DNA from: Patescibacteria group bacterium
GTDB taxonomy: Bacteria; Patescibacteriota; Minisyncoccia; Phycocordibacterales; UBA9973
Direction of reading: 5' to 3'
Assembly: GCA_038061035.1 (NCBI GenBank)
Contig: JBBUAC010000023.1
Span: 1-37,823 of the forward strand
DNA length: 37,823 nt
The stretch's first letter is position 1. Each line of letters begins with the position of its first letter. A model generated the notes under the pieces. The model was given only the letters and a program-made list of their open reading frames with translations. It made no database searches and had not been told where the DNA came from. Shown here piece by piece: positions 8,598 through 17,318 of the stretch. A program made the translations under genes and the position numbers.

Positions 8598-9353
8598 TCA
8601 ATAAAAGCAACTGTTTTGATGTTTGTTTTTATATCTATTGTTGTTGTGTTTTTTTTTATTAAAATAAATTTGTTGCCCAATTGTAAACATATTACTAACA
8701 ATCCAATATAATGCAACAGCTCCAGATATACTATAAGCGATAAAAGTAACCACAAAAGGGAATACATATTTCATTTGTACTTGCATACTTTTGGCAAAAC
8801 TTTCTTGGAATGAACCGGGTTTAGATCCGTCTTGTGCGGGAGGTTTTGGCATATAATGTGCTTGAAAAAACTGAGACACGCCAGCCAAAACAGCTAAAAC
8901 TAAACTTTTTTGACTTATATCTATTAATCCCAAGAAAATTGTATTAATTTTCTCTGGTGTTTTAATAAAAGAGTAAAGTAAACTACCATCAAAATTTAAT
9001 CCTTTAAAGAAAACATAATAAAGCGCGAATATAAAAGGAATTTGTATTAAGACCAAAAGACAACCAGAAAAAGGGTTTGTTTTGTGTTTTTTATAAAGCT
9101 CAAAGGTTTGTTTTGCTTGTTCTTCTTTATTTGATCCACCTTTTTTAATCTTATTTAATTCTGGAGCAAGTAAATTCATTTTAGCCTGACTTTTAATAGA
9201 AGCACCTGAGAGGGGAAATAACAACACTTTAACCAAAATAGTGAGAAATATAACAGCAATACCGATATCTCCACCAGGGATAATTGAAACTAAAAAAGCC
9301 AAAGCATTAAGTAGTGGCTCATATAAGAAAGTATTCCAAATATAACTAAACAT
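8598..9353 (-). CDS. yidC: YidC/Oxa1 family membrane protein insertase (short form)
   Basis: Multi-TM 251-aa ORF in rnpA-yidD-yidC-jag synteny. TAGAAT lies 6 nt upstream of the ATG. Confidence 0.85.
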   Translation of the reverse strand: MFSYIWNTFLYEPLLNALAFLVSIIPGGDIGIAVIFLTILVKVLLFPLSGASIKSQAKMNLLAPELNKIKKGGSNKEEQAKQTFELYKKHKTNPFSGCLLVLIQIPFIFALYYVFFKGLNFDGSLLYSFIKTPEKINTIFLGLIDISQKSLVLAVLAGVSQFFQAHYMPKPPAQDGSKPGSFQESFAKSMQVQMKYVFPFVVTFIAYSISGAVALYWIVSNMFTIGQQIYFNKKKHNNNRYKNKHQNSCFY

Positions 9354-9380
9354 TTTCTTATTCTATATGAAAATAGATTC

Positions 9381-9438
9381 AATTACAAATTATGAATTTT
9401 GAATTTCAAATTTATTTTTTAATTCGTAATTCGTAATT
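9381..9438. repeat. ATTACGA-heptad hairpin (family copy 2, degenerate left arm) between yidD and yidC
   Basis: Left arm AATTACAAATTATGAATT (9381-9398), right arm AATTCGTAATTCGTAATT (9421-9438). Confidence 0.65.
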
Positions 9439-9450
9439 TGAAATTTTTAA

Positions 9451-9684
9451 TTACTTTAGTGGATCAATATGATTTTTTTGCCACGGATGGCAACGAAGGA
9501 TGCGGAAAAAACCCAAACCAAATCCCTTAAAAGCTCCATATTTTTCAATAGAAATTTTCATATATTCTGAACAAGTAGGATAAAAAACACAGCTTGGTTT
9601 CTTTAAATAACTTAATCTTTTTTGATAAAAATTAATTAATTTTATACTAAATTTTTTTAATAATATTTTTGATTTCATTTTCAA
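9451..9684 (-). CDS. yidD: Membrane protein insertion efficiency factor YidD
   Basis: CVFYPTCSEYMKISIEKYGAFKGFGLGFFRILRCHPW. It overlaps the rnpA 3' end, as is usual. Confidence 0.9.
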   Translation of the reverse strand: MKMKSKILLKKFSIKLINFYQKRLSYLKKPSCVFYPTCSEYMKISIEKYGAFKGFGLGFFRILRCHPWQKNHIDPLK

Positions 9685-9964
9685 GATTTTCTATGTTTTG
9701 TTTTTTAAATATAAAAACACCAATAATTGGAAAAGAGAGTAAGTGAATATTTTTTTCTAATGCTATATAACCACGCCTTCGTAAAGAATTTCTTTGGACA
9801 GCACTTTTACTAACTGTTTTAGGAACAATAAAGGATATTTTGTAATTTTTAATATTTTTATCCTTTAAATATCTAAAAGTAAGGTTTGGTGAATGAATAA
9901 TACTTCCAAATTTAAATATTTGTTGTATTTGCTTACGATCAACTCTGTTTATTTTAGGAAGCAT
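9647..9964 (-). CDS. rnpA: Ribonuclease P protein component
   Basis: 105-aa basic protein between rpmH and yidD, with an SAVQRNSLRRRGY-type RNR-like motif. Confidence 0.85.
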   Translation of the reverse strand: MLPKINRVDRKQIQQIFKFGSIIHSPNLTFRYLKDKNIKNYKISFIVPKTVSKSAVQRNSLRRRGYIALEKNIHLLSFPIIGVFIFKKQNIENLENEIKNIIKKI

Positions 9965-9987
9965 AAAATTAATTAAAAATTATCAAT

Positions 9988-10024
9988 TAAGAATTACGAA
10001 TTAAAGTATAATTCGTAATTCTTA
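9988..10024. repeat. ATTACGA-heptad hairpin (family copy 3) between rpmH and rnpA, overlapping the rpmH stop codon
   Basis: Perfect 15-bp stem TAAGAATTACGAATT (9988-10002) / AATTCGTAATTCTTA (10010-10024) with a 7-nt loop. Confidence 0.8.
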
Positions 10025-10156
10025 CACTGAAAGCTTTTTTCTTCCTTTTCTCCTTCTTTTTACAAGTACTTTTTTGCCTGTTTTAGTTCTAGATCTTACT
10101 AAAAAACCATGTGCTCTGGCTCTTTTTCTTTTTTTAGGTTGATATGTTTGTGACAT
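10022..10156 (-). CDS. rpmH: 50S ribosomal protein L34
   Basis: My own translation gives [44 protein letters not shown] (44 aa). It is too short for the ORF track. Confidence 0.95.
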   Translation of the reverse strand: MSQTYQPKKRKRARAHGFLVRSRTKTGKKVLVKRRRKGRKKLSV

Positions 10157-10162
10157 ATTTGT

Positions 10163-10190
10163 AGTATACATTATTTGTGTTTTAAGTCAA
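10163..10190 (-). promoter_or_regulatory. rpmH promoter (leaderless geometry)
   Basis: On the minus strand: TTGACT (10185-10190), a 16-nt spacer, TATACT (10163-10168), then 6 nt to the ATG. Confidence 0.65.
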
Positions 10191-10292
10191 AAAATACTAA
10201 ACTATTTTGTGGTATTATTAACAAGTTATCAACAGACTTATTAAGAAAATAAAACTCTCAATAAAAAATTAAGTATGTATAATTAAAAGAAC

Positions 10293-11636
10293 ATGGATAT
10301 AAAACTACTTTGGAAAAAATGTTTGGATGAAATAGAGATAGGTATATCAAAAGCAAATTTTAGTACTTGGTTTAAAAATACATCAATATTAAAAGAGGAG
10401 ATGGGTGTTGTTTATGTTGGTGTACCAAATGAATTTGTTAGAGATTGGCTTAAAAATAAATATCACAAATTAATAACCAAAACAATAGCACTAGAATATG
10501 AAAATATGCGTGCTGTGGAATATATCATAATAAAAATAGAAGAAGTACAAAAAGAAATTGATTTTAAAAAAGAACCTTATATAAATAAAGAATTACCGTT
10601 GAGAGATTTATATATAAACCCAGAAGACAACTTAAACCCTAGATATCGTTTTAATTCTTTTATTGTTGGGTCTTTTAATGAATTAGCTTATGCTGCGTCT
10701 CAGGCTATCATAGAGTCTCCTGGTACTAAATATAACCCATTCTTTGTATATGGAAGCACAGGGCTTGGTAAAACCCATTTAATACAAGCTGTTGGAAACT
10801 CAATAAAAGAAAAATATGAAAATAAAAAAGTTCACTATATTACACTTGAGAAATTTGCTACTGATTTTGTAAATTCTCTACAAAATAATAAGGCAAACTC
10901 TTTTAAAGAAAAATATCGTAAATATGACCTTTTAATAATAGATGATATTCAATTTATTGGTAAAATGGAAAAAATACAAGAAGAACTTTTTCATACATTT
11001 AATACTTTTTATGAAAACAATAAACAAATTATATTTTCTTCTGATAAACACCCCAATTACATACCAGAACTAGCAGATCGTTTAAGGTCTAGGTTTGCTC
11101 AAGGAATGATAGTTGATGTTTCTGAGCCAGAATATGAGTCTCGTCTTGCAATATTAAAAGTAAAACTAAGAGAACATGATATTGAATTAGAAAAAGAAAT
11201 AATAGAATACATAGCCTCTAGTATAAGGGGTAATATAAGAGAATTAGAGGGGAGTTTAAATAGTATTGTTTGCCAATATAAATTAAAAAACAAACCATTA
11301 TCTTTACTTGATGTTAAAAATACATTAAAAAATAACATTAAACCTAAAAAAAGTGTTGCTATAAAAGACGTTGTAAAAATAGTAAGTGATTATTATAACT
11401 TAGAAGAACCTTCTATTTATGAAAAAACAAGAAGAAAAGAGATAGTTAAAGCAAGACAAATGGTAATGTATATATTGAGAGAGGATTTTAATGTATCTTA
11501 TCCATTAATCGGACAAAAATTAGGGGGAAAAGACCACACAACTGTAATACATTCTTATTTAAAAATACAAAGAGATTTAAAAGTTGATTCTCAGTTATTA
11601 CAAGAATTAGAACAGATACGAATTATGTTTAAATAG
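10293..11636 (+). CDS. dnaA: Chromosomal replication initiator protein DnaA
   Basis: Walker A GSTGLGKTHL, Walker B LLIIDDIQF, and the C-terminal DNA-binding helix GGKDHTTVIHS. Confidence 0.97.
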   Translation: MDIKLLWKKCLDEIEIGISKANFSTWFKNTSILKEEMGVVYVGVPNEFVRDWLKNKYHKLITKTIALEYENMRAVEYIIIKIEEVQKEIDFKKEPYINKELPLRDLYINPEDNLNPRYRFNSFIVGSFNELAYAASQAIIESPGTKYNPFFVYGSTGLGKTHLIQAVGNSIKEKYENKKVHYITLEKFATDFVNSLQNNKANSFKEKYRKYDLLIIDDIQFIGKMEKIQEELFHTFNTFYENNKQIIFSSDKHPNYIPELADRLRSRFAQGMIVDVSEPEYESRLAILKVKLREHDIELEKEIIEYIASSIRGNIRELEGSLNSIVCQYKLKNKPLSLLDVKNTLKNNIKPKKSVAIKDVVKIVSDYYNLEEPSIYEKTRRKEIVKARQMVMYILREDFNVSYPLIGQKLGGKDHTTVIHSYLKIQRDLKVDSQLLQELEQIRIMFK

Positions 11637-11894
11637 TTGTTGATAAGTTGTTAAGATAATTATTAATTAATAGGAATAGTTGTTGATAATTGAAAAGAAT
11701 TTTGTTAATAAAAAAGTATAATGTTTTAAATTTATTTTTTATTTTTTATTTAATAATAAAAAATCAAAAGTTATTATGGTTAAATTAAAAATAAATTATC
11801 AAAATAAGTATTATAAATAAAGGATTCTATCACCTTATCCACTTATTAACAGTTATAATAGTATTAATAGATTAAATATATAAAATATAAACAT
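11637..11894. other. Probable oriC (dnaA-dnaN spacer): DnaA-box variants plus an extremely AT-rich unwinding region
   Basis: TGTTGATAA at 11638-11646 and 11681-11689, each inside the repeated ATAGTTGTTGATAA. TTATCCACT at 11835-11843. The tract at about 11700-11830 is almost pure A/T. Confidence 0.6.
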
Positions 11895-12992
11895 ATGAAA
11901 TTAGAATGTGGAATTGAAAAAATTAAAAATGCTATTTCTCAAGTAGAAAGAATAACTGGTAAGAATTTAACACTACCTGTTTTAAGTTCAATACTTTTAA
12001 TTGCATCAGGGAAATCATTAAAACTTCGTGCTATGAATTTAAGTCTAGGTATTGAAGTTGAAATACCAGCTAAAATTGAAAAAGAAGGAATACTTGCAAT
12101 ATCAGGTCAAGTATTAGCTAGTACTTTCTCTAATATAATTCAGAATGAGAATATTTACTTAGAAGACATCGATGGTAATTTATTAATTAAAACCAAGAAA
12201 AGTAAAATAAAATTAAAAGGTCAACCATATGAAGATTTTCCAACAATACCAAGTGTAACAGGGGAGAATTTTGAAATAGAAATAAAAAAAATAACAGAAG
12301 GAATAAAATCAGTTTATTATAGTGCTTCTCCTTCTAGTATAAAAGCTGAAATATCTAGTGTTTATATGTATTCAAAAGAAGAATATTTAATATTTGTTTC
12401 AACAGATTCTTTTAGATTAGCCGAGAAGAAGATTAAAGTAAAAGGAATTATAGATATAGCTGGAATACTTATACCTTTTAAAAACATACCTGAAATACTA
12501 AGAGTATTTGGAGAAAATTCTGGAAATATGAAAATATGTTTTAATAAAAATCAAATATCATTTTCCTCAGGAGATATTTATTTAACATCAAGGGTTATTG
12601 ACGGTGTTTTTCCAGATTATACACAAATTATTCCAAAAGATTTTAAAACTGAAGCAATATTATTAAAACAAGATTTATTGAATGCATTAAAATTATCAAA
12701 TATTTTTTCTGATAAATTTAATCAATTAAATTTATCGATTAATATAAAAGAAAAAATATTTGAACTTTCTTCTGCAAATAACGATATAGGGGAAAATAAA
12801 ACATATTTAGATGGAGTAATAAATGGTGAAGATATAACACTCGGCTTTAACTATAAATATTTTCTTGATTGTTTTCCTTCTATTACAACAGACAGTATTT
12901 CTATAAAATTAAATGAGACATCTCGCCCTATGGTTATTTCTCCTGTTTCTGATACATCTTTTATTTATTTAATAATGCCAATGAATAGATAA
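11895..12992 (+). CDS. dnaN: DNA polymerase III beta sliding clamp
   Basis: 365 aa, immediately after dnaA, with the typical C-terminal PMVISP...IYLIMPM. Confidence 0.93.
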   Translation: MKLECGIEKIKNAISQVERITGKNLTLPVLSSILLIASGKSLKLRAMNLSLGIEVEIPAKIEKEGILAISGQVLASTFSNIIQNENIYLEDIDGNLLIKTKKSKIKLKGQPYEDFPTIPSVTGENFEIEIKKITEGIKSVYYSASPSSIKAEISSVYMYSKEEYLIFVSTDSFRLAEKKIKVKGIIDIAGILIPFKNIPEILRVFGENSGNMKICFNKNQISFSSGDIYLTSRVIDGVFPDYTQIIPKDFKTEAILLKQDLLNALKLSNIFSDKFNQLNLSINIKEKIFELSSANNDIGENKTYLDGVINGEDITLGFNYKYFLDCFPSITTDSISIKLNETSRPMVISPVSDTSFIYLIMPMNR

Positions 12993-12998
12993 TTATTT

Positions 12999-13256
12999 AT
13001 GATAGAAATTAAAGATTTATTACTTAATTTTAACAAACTACTTTTATCTGAAGAAGTTAAAAAAAACTCAATTATAAATGTTTTAAATCAAATTATTGGA
13101 ATACAAATAAAACCCAAAGACATAGAAATAAAAAACAATATTGTTTATTTAAACATTAAGCCTATTTATAAAAACGAAATTTTTCTCAAAAAAGAAGAAA
13201 TTTTTCTAAGTTTAGAGAAAATTTTAAATAAAAAAACACTAAATCAAATAAGATAA
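12999..13256 (+). CDS. Small hypothetical protein, possibly DUF721/DciA-like
   Basis: 85-aa ORF 6 nt after dnaN. The call rests only on position and weak pattern similarity. Confidence 0.35.
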   Translation: MIEIKDLLLNFNKLLLSEEVKKNSIINVLNQIIGIQIKPKDIEIKNNIVYLNIKPIYKNEIFLKKEEIFLSLEKILNKKTLNQIR

Positions 13257-13257
13257 A

Positions 13258-15777
13258 TTAATTAAAAGAAACATTAAAAGTAGAAATAAATTCACTACGA
13301 TTATAAAGAGTATCGTAAGATATTATTTTAATTTCATTAGTGTTTTTTAAATTATCAAGCTCTCCTGGTGTAAAAGAGAAGTTTATTGGATTATTAGATG
13401 TTCCCACAAAAACATCATTTATAAAAATATCTATTTTTGAAAGTGAATACACACCACGACTCTCAATAAGTAATTCTATTTTTTGGTTTACTGGGTAAAT
13501 GTTTTCAATATTTGGTTCAACAATAGAAACAATAGGTTTATTGTAGTCTGTGTGTATATTGTCATAATCATTTGGTTTTTGAGACCATGTGGTGGTATTG
13601 TATCTTCCACTGTTTTGTGCCCACCAATTTTGTATAGGTATATCCCAATGACTAAATTGTGGATCATTCACGCCACCCTCTGGTGTGGGGTCTAATATAT
13701 TTTTTTTATCAACCCAGTATAAAATACTACGTACATTTGTTATTATTTTTTCCTGTCTAGTTTCAAGTGGTGTATTTTCTGTAGCTAATTTTCCTGATAT
13801 TTTGTCTATTATAAAACTTTCATTTCCTTGCCAACTACCTCTAAGAACAGGTTTTATTTTTTGTTTATCAACTTCTAGGTTTGGTTTTTCAAATTTTTCA
13901 TTTGGTAAATTTTTTAAAGCTTCTTTTATAAATTTATTCCAAATAGGACCAGCAACAGAGCCACCACCTTTTTTCATTGGTTTATTGTCATTGTTTCCAG
14001 CCCACACACCGATAGTAATAGATGATGTATATCCTATAGTCCAAGCATCTTTATTGTTATTTGTTGTTCCAGTTTTAACAGCAACATCATAACCAGAAAT
14101 TAATAATTGAGAATTTGCACCAAAAGTAGGAGTTCGGCTTTTATTGTCTGATAATATGTCTGAAATAGTTAATGCTGTATTTTTAGGTAAAATTTCTTTT
14201 TCATTTAAACTAAATTCTTCTAAAATTTTTCCTTCTGAATTTTCAACTTTCAAAATCCCAGTATATTTATTTCTAATACCATTGTTTGCAAAAACACCAT
14301 AAGCTGAAGTCATATCAAGTAAAGTAACTTCACCACCTCCAATAACAAGAGTTAAACCATACCTACTTACATTTGTTAATGTGCTAATACCCATACTCTC
14401 AGATGTTTTAAATGAATCAGAAAGTCCAGATAGATAAAATAATTTTACAGCAGGTATGTTGATTGATTGTGCTAATGCTTCACGAAGTGTCATAGGACCC
14501 CTGTGTTTTCCATCATAATTTTGTGGCATATAACAATTACTTTGACTATATCCAGGAAGTGCCTTTCCATAAGCGTTACAAGTCATTTGAAATTCTGTAG
14601 GCAGGTCAAACAGCACTGTGTCTGGTGTAAAGCCTTTGTTGAAGGCCGTAGCGTAAATAAAAGGCTTAAAAGAGGAGCCTGGTTGCCTTAGTGCTGTGGT
14701 TACATTATAATTTCCATCTATTTCTTTATCAAAATAATCTCTTGAACCTATCATTGTTAAAATCTGTCCTGTTTTTGGGTTTATTGCCACAACTGCAGCA
14801 TTTTTACCATTCATTGTTTTTTCATTTTCTAAAGCACCTTCTTTTGTAATTTTTTCTCCAATTTCTTGTAATGTGTAATCCAATGTTGTTGTTACTTTTA
14901 ACCCTCCTTTTTCAACTGTTTCAGCGCCATATTTTTCCTCAAGATAATCTTTTATAAAAAAAACAAAATGAGGAGCTTTTATTCCCTTAACTTCTTGTGG
15001 TACAAAAGGCACAATTTCATTTTTTGCTAATTCATATTCTTCTTTTGTTATAAAATTAAGTTCTTTCATTCTAAAAAGTATAAAATTCTTTCTTTCTTCT
15101 AATTTATCTATATTTTTTCCATAAGGAGAAAGAAAAGTTGGAGATTGTGGGATTGCCGCTAAATAAGCAGATTCAACTAAAGAAAGATTTTTTGCAGATT
15201 TATTAAAATATGTTTTAGATGCTTCTTCTATTCCATAAACAACACCACCATAAGGAACTTCATTTAAATATAATTCTAGAATTTTTTCTTTAGGTATAGA
15301 ATTGTCTATTTTTATCGCTAAAACCCACTCTTTTACTTTTCTTACTAATGTTTTTTTGGAATTAAGTAATGTATTTTTTACTAATTGTTGTGTAATAGTA
15401 GAACCACCTTGTGTTTTTCCTATACTGAAAAAATTAGATAAAACAGCACGAACTATTGACCTTATTCTTATTCCTTGGTGATTATAAAAATTAGAATCTT
15501 CTACTGCAACTGTTGCGTTTTTAATATTTACCCCCATATCTATAAATGGAATATTTGTTCTTTTTACATCTTGGTGAATATCATAAAGCAATATCTCACC
15601 AGTACGATCATATATTTTAGTAGAATTTACAACCTTTCTATTGTCAAATGAATTAAAATCTGGAATCTTAAAAGAAGAAACCCAAATAACACCTATTCCA
15701 AACACAAGTATAAAAACACTTGCTCCAAATAAAAATATATTTTTGAAAAACCTCATTTTTTTTGTACCTTTTTTCAT
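13258..15777 (-). CDS. Class A penicillin-binding protein (glycosyltransferase GT51 + transpeptidase)
   Basis: GT51 motifs EDSNFYNHQGI and GGSTITQQ. Transpeptidase motifs GSSFKP (SxxK) and KTGTT. I prefer the start at 15777 (MKKGTKKMRFF) because TGGTATAAT lies 7 nt upstream of it. The longest ORF reaches 15813. Confidence 0.85.
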   Translation of the reverse strand: MKKGTKKMRFFKNIFLFGASVFILVFGIGVIWVSSFKIPDFNSFDNRKVVNSTKIYDRTGEILLYDIHQDVKRTNIPFIDMGVNIKNATVAVEDSNFYNHQGIRIRSIVRAVLSNFFSIGKTQGGSTITQQLVKNTLLNSKKTLVRKVKEWVLAIKIDNSIPKEKILELYLNEVPYGGVVYGIEEASKTYFNKSAKNLSLVESAYLAAIPQSPTFLSPYGKNIDKLEERKNFILFRMKELNFITKEEYELAKNEIVPFVPQEVKGIKAPHFVFFIKDYLEEKYGAETVEKGGLKVTTTLDYTLQEIGEKITKEGALENEKTMNGKNAAVVAINPKTGQILTMIGSRDYFDKEIDGNYNVTTALRQPGSSFKPFIYATAFNKGFTPDTVLFDLPTEFQMTCNAYGKALPGYSQSNCYMPQNYDGKHRGPMTLREALAQSINIPAVKLFYLSGLSDSFKTSESMGISTLTNVSRYGLTLVIGGGEVTLLDMTSAYGVFANNGIRNKYTGILKVENSEGKILEEFSLNEKEILPKNTALTISDILSDNKSRTPTFGANSQLLISGYDVAVKTGTTNNNKDAWTIGYTSSITIGVWAGNNDNKPMKKGGGSVAGPIWNKFIKEALKNLPNEKFEKPNLEVDKQKIKPVLRGSWQGNESFIIDKISGKLATENTPLETRQEKIITNVRSILYWVDKKNILDPTPEGGVNDPQFSHWDIPIQNWWAQNSGRYNTTTWSQKPNDYDNIHTDYNKPIVSIVEPNIENIYPVNQKIELLIESRGVYSLSKIDIFINDVFVGTSNNPINFSFTPGELDNLKNTNEIKIISYDTLYNRSEFISTFNVSFN

Positions 15778-15784
15778 ATTTCTT

Positions 15785-15809
15785 ATTATACCAAACATTA
15801 TGTTATAAT
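15785..15809. promoter_or_regulatory. Back-to-back divergent -10 boxes for the PBP gene and tyrS
   Basis: Minus-strand TATAAT at 15785-15790, 7 nt before the ATG at 15777. Plus-strand TGTTATAAT at 15801-15809, 7 nt before the ATG at 15817. Confidence 0.6.
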
Positions 15810-15816
15810 TCATTTT

Positions 15817-16986
15817 ATGAAAGTTGTTATAGATGAGAAAAAAATAGATGAGATTTTAGATATAGGAATAGAAGATATTTTTATTAAAGAAAATTTAAAG
15901 AAAAAACTTCTTTCTGGAAAAATTCTTCGTGTGAAATTTGGTATTGACCCAACTGGTCCTAAAATACATTTAGGGAGAGCAATACCACTTAGAAAATTAC
16001 GACAATTTCAAGACCTAGGGCATAAGGTTATTTTAATTGTTGGTGATTTTACAGCGACCATAGGAGACCCATCAGACAAGCTTGAAAAACGTCCAATGCT
16101 TACAGAAAAAGAAATAAAACAAAATATGAAATATTATACAAAACAACTTGGTATGATTATTGATTTAAAAAAAGCAGAAATTAAATATAATAGTAAATGG
16201 CTTAAAAAATTAAATTTTAAAGAGATAGCTGAATTATCAGAAAGTTTTTCTTTACAACAAATGTCTGCTAGAAGAAATTTTAAAGATAGAATAGAAAAAA
16301 ACGAAGAAATTTCTCTTCGTGAATTTTTATATCCGCTTATGCAAGGATATGATTCTGTCGCCACAAAGTCAGATGTTGAGATTGGGGGTTTTGACCAACT
16401 TTTTAATTTAAAAGCAGGTAGGATTATTCAAAAACATTACAATATGCCAGAACAAGATATTTTGACAGTTAAAATGCTTGAAGGTGTTGACGGAAGAAAA
16501 ATGTCCACTTCTTGGGATAATATTATTACAATCGTTGATGAACCAAAAGATATGTTTGGGAAAATTATGTCTATAAAAGATGAATTAATTTCTAAATATT
16601 TTTTACTTTGTACAGATATAAAAGAAACAGAAATTCCAAAAAGCGAAAATCCTAGAGATGTAAAAATGAAACTTGCTTATGAAATAGTTAAAATTTATCA
16701 CGGAGAAAAAGAAGCCAAAAAAGCAGAAGAGAATTTTGTAAAAACTTTTCAAAAAAAAGAAATTCCAGAAGAAATGATAGAAATTAAAATAAATAAAAAC
16801 GAAACATTGGTGGATGTTTTAATTAAAGAAAAAATTGTTTTTTCAAAAGGGGATTTCAGGAGGTTGATAGAAGAAGGTGCTATTACAGACTTAGATACAA
16901 ATGAGAAATTAAATAACATAAATATTATAACAAAACACGGTATGCATTTAAAAATAGGGAAGAGAAGATTTGTTAAAATAATCTAA
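15817..16986 (+). CDS. tyrS: Tyrosine--tRNA ligase
   Basis: HIGH-type GPKIHLGR, GDFTATIGDPS, GGFDQLFN, KMSTS, and a C-terminal S4-like domain. Confidence 0.9.
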   Translation: MKVVIDEKKIDEILDIGIEDIFIKENLKKKLLSGKILRVKFGIDPTGPKIHLGRAIPLRKLRQFQDLGHKVILIVGDFTATIGDPSDKLEKRPMLTEKEIKQNMKYYTKQLGMIIDLKKAEIKYNSKWLKKLNFKEIAELSESFSLQQMSARRNFKDRIEKNEEISLREFLYPLMQGYDSVATKSDVEIGGFDQLFNLKAGRIIQKHYNMPEQDILTVKMLEGVDGRKMSTSWDNIITIVDEPKDMFGKIMSIKDELISKYFLLCTDIKETEIPKSENPRDVKMKLAYEIVKIYHGEKEAKKAEENFVKTFQKKEIPEEMIEIKINKNETLVDVLIKEKIVFSKGDFRRLIEEGAITDLDTNEKLNNINIITKHGMHLKIGKRRFVKII

Positions 16987-16993
16987 TTTAAAT

Positions 16994-17027
16994 AAAAAAA
17001 ACGGAAGCAAGGCGTCCGTTTTTTTTA
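16994..17027. terminator. Bidirectional intrinsic terminator
   Basis: A-run, then ACGGAAGC-AAG-GCGTCCGT stem-loop, then T-run. Confidence 0.75.
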
Positions 17028-17031
17028 TTTT

Positions 17032-17184
17032 TTAATGAAACCTGTTGTCTGGGTCTTCCTCTTCTTCTTCAAATTTAAAACTATTATTTATACCATCATC
17101 GTCATCTAATAATAATTCATCGTCTTCATCTTCTACTCCAACACCAAAACCAGAAACATCTTCATCTTCATCATCGTAACTCAT
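17032..17184 (-). CDS. Possible small, highly acidic protein (50 aa)
   Basis: My own translation gives MSYDDEDEDVSGFGVGVEDEDDELLLDDDDGINNSFKFEEEEEDPDNRFH. I found no recognisable promoter or SD. Confidence 0.3.
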   Translation of the reverse strand: MSYDDEDEDVSGFGVGVEDEDDELLLDDDDGINNSFKFEEEEEDPDNRFH

Positions 17185-17303
17185 TTTTTTATCTATAATA
17201 TTAATTAATAATAGATTTTAATTTTTAAAAACGACCATTTTAAAAACCATTTTTAAAAATATATTCTTTTGTATCAAAATATAAAAGTCTTGGCAATAAA
17301 ATA

Positions 17304-17312
17304 TGTGGATAA
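17304..17312. promoter_or_regulatory. Perfect DnaA box TGTGGATAA outside oriC
   Basis: Exact reverse complement of the consensus TTATCCACA. The 14-mer TATGTGGATAACTT also occurs at 20575-20588. Confidence 0.5.
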
Positions 17313-17318
17313 CTTATA

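Noticed and set aside
13483-14691. Plus-strand ORFs (13483-13695, 13685-14092, 14503-14691), and similar antisense ORFs in the track (for example 1411-1726, 2689-2910, 3745-4065, 6882-7645, 11099-11338, 16134-16364, 18094-18312, 21446-21661, 22997-23179, 23999-24292, 25896-26108, 34645-36475)
   Set aside because: Each lies entirely inside a longer opposite-strand or same-region gene that has strong conserved motifs. Their translations are low-complexity or Cys/Phe-rich, as expected for antisense reading of AT-rich coding DNA.
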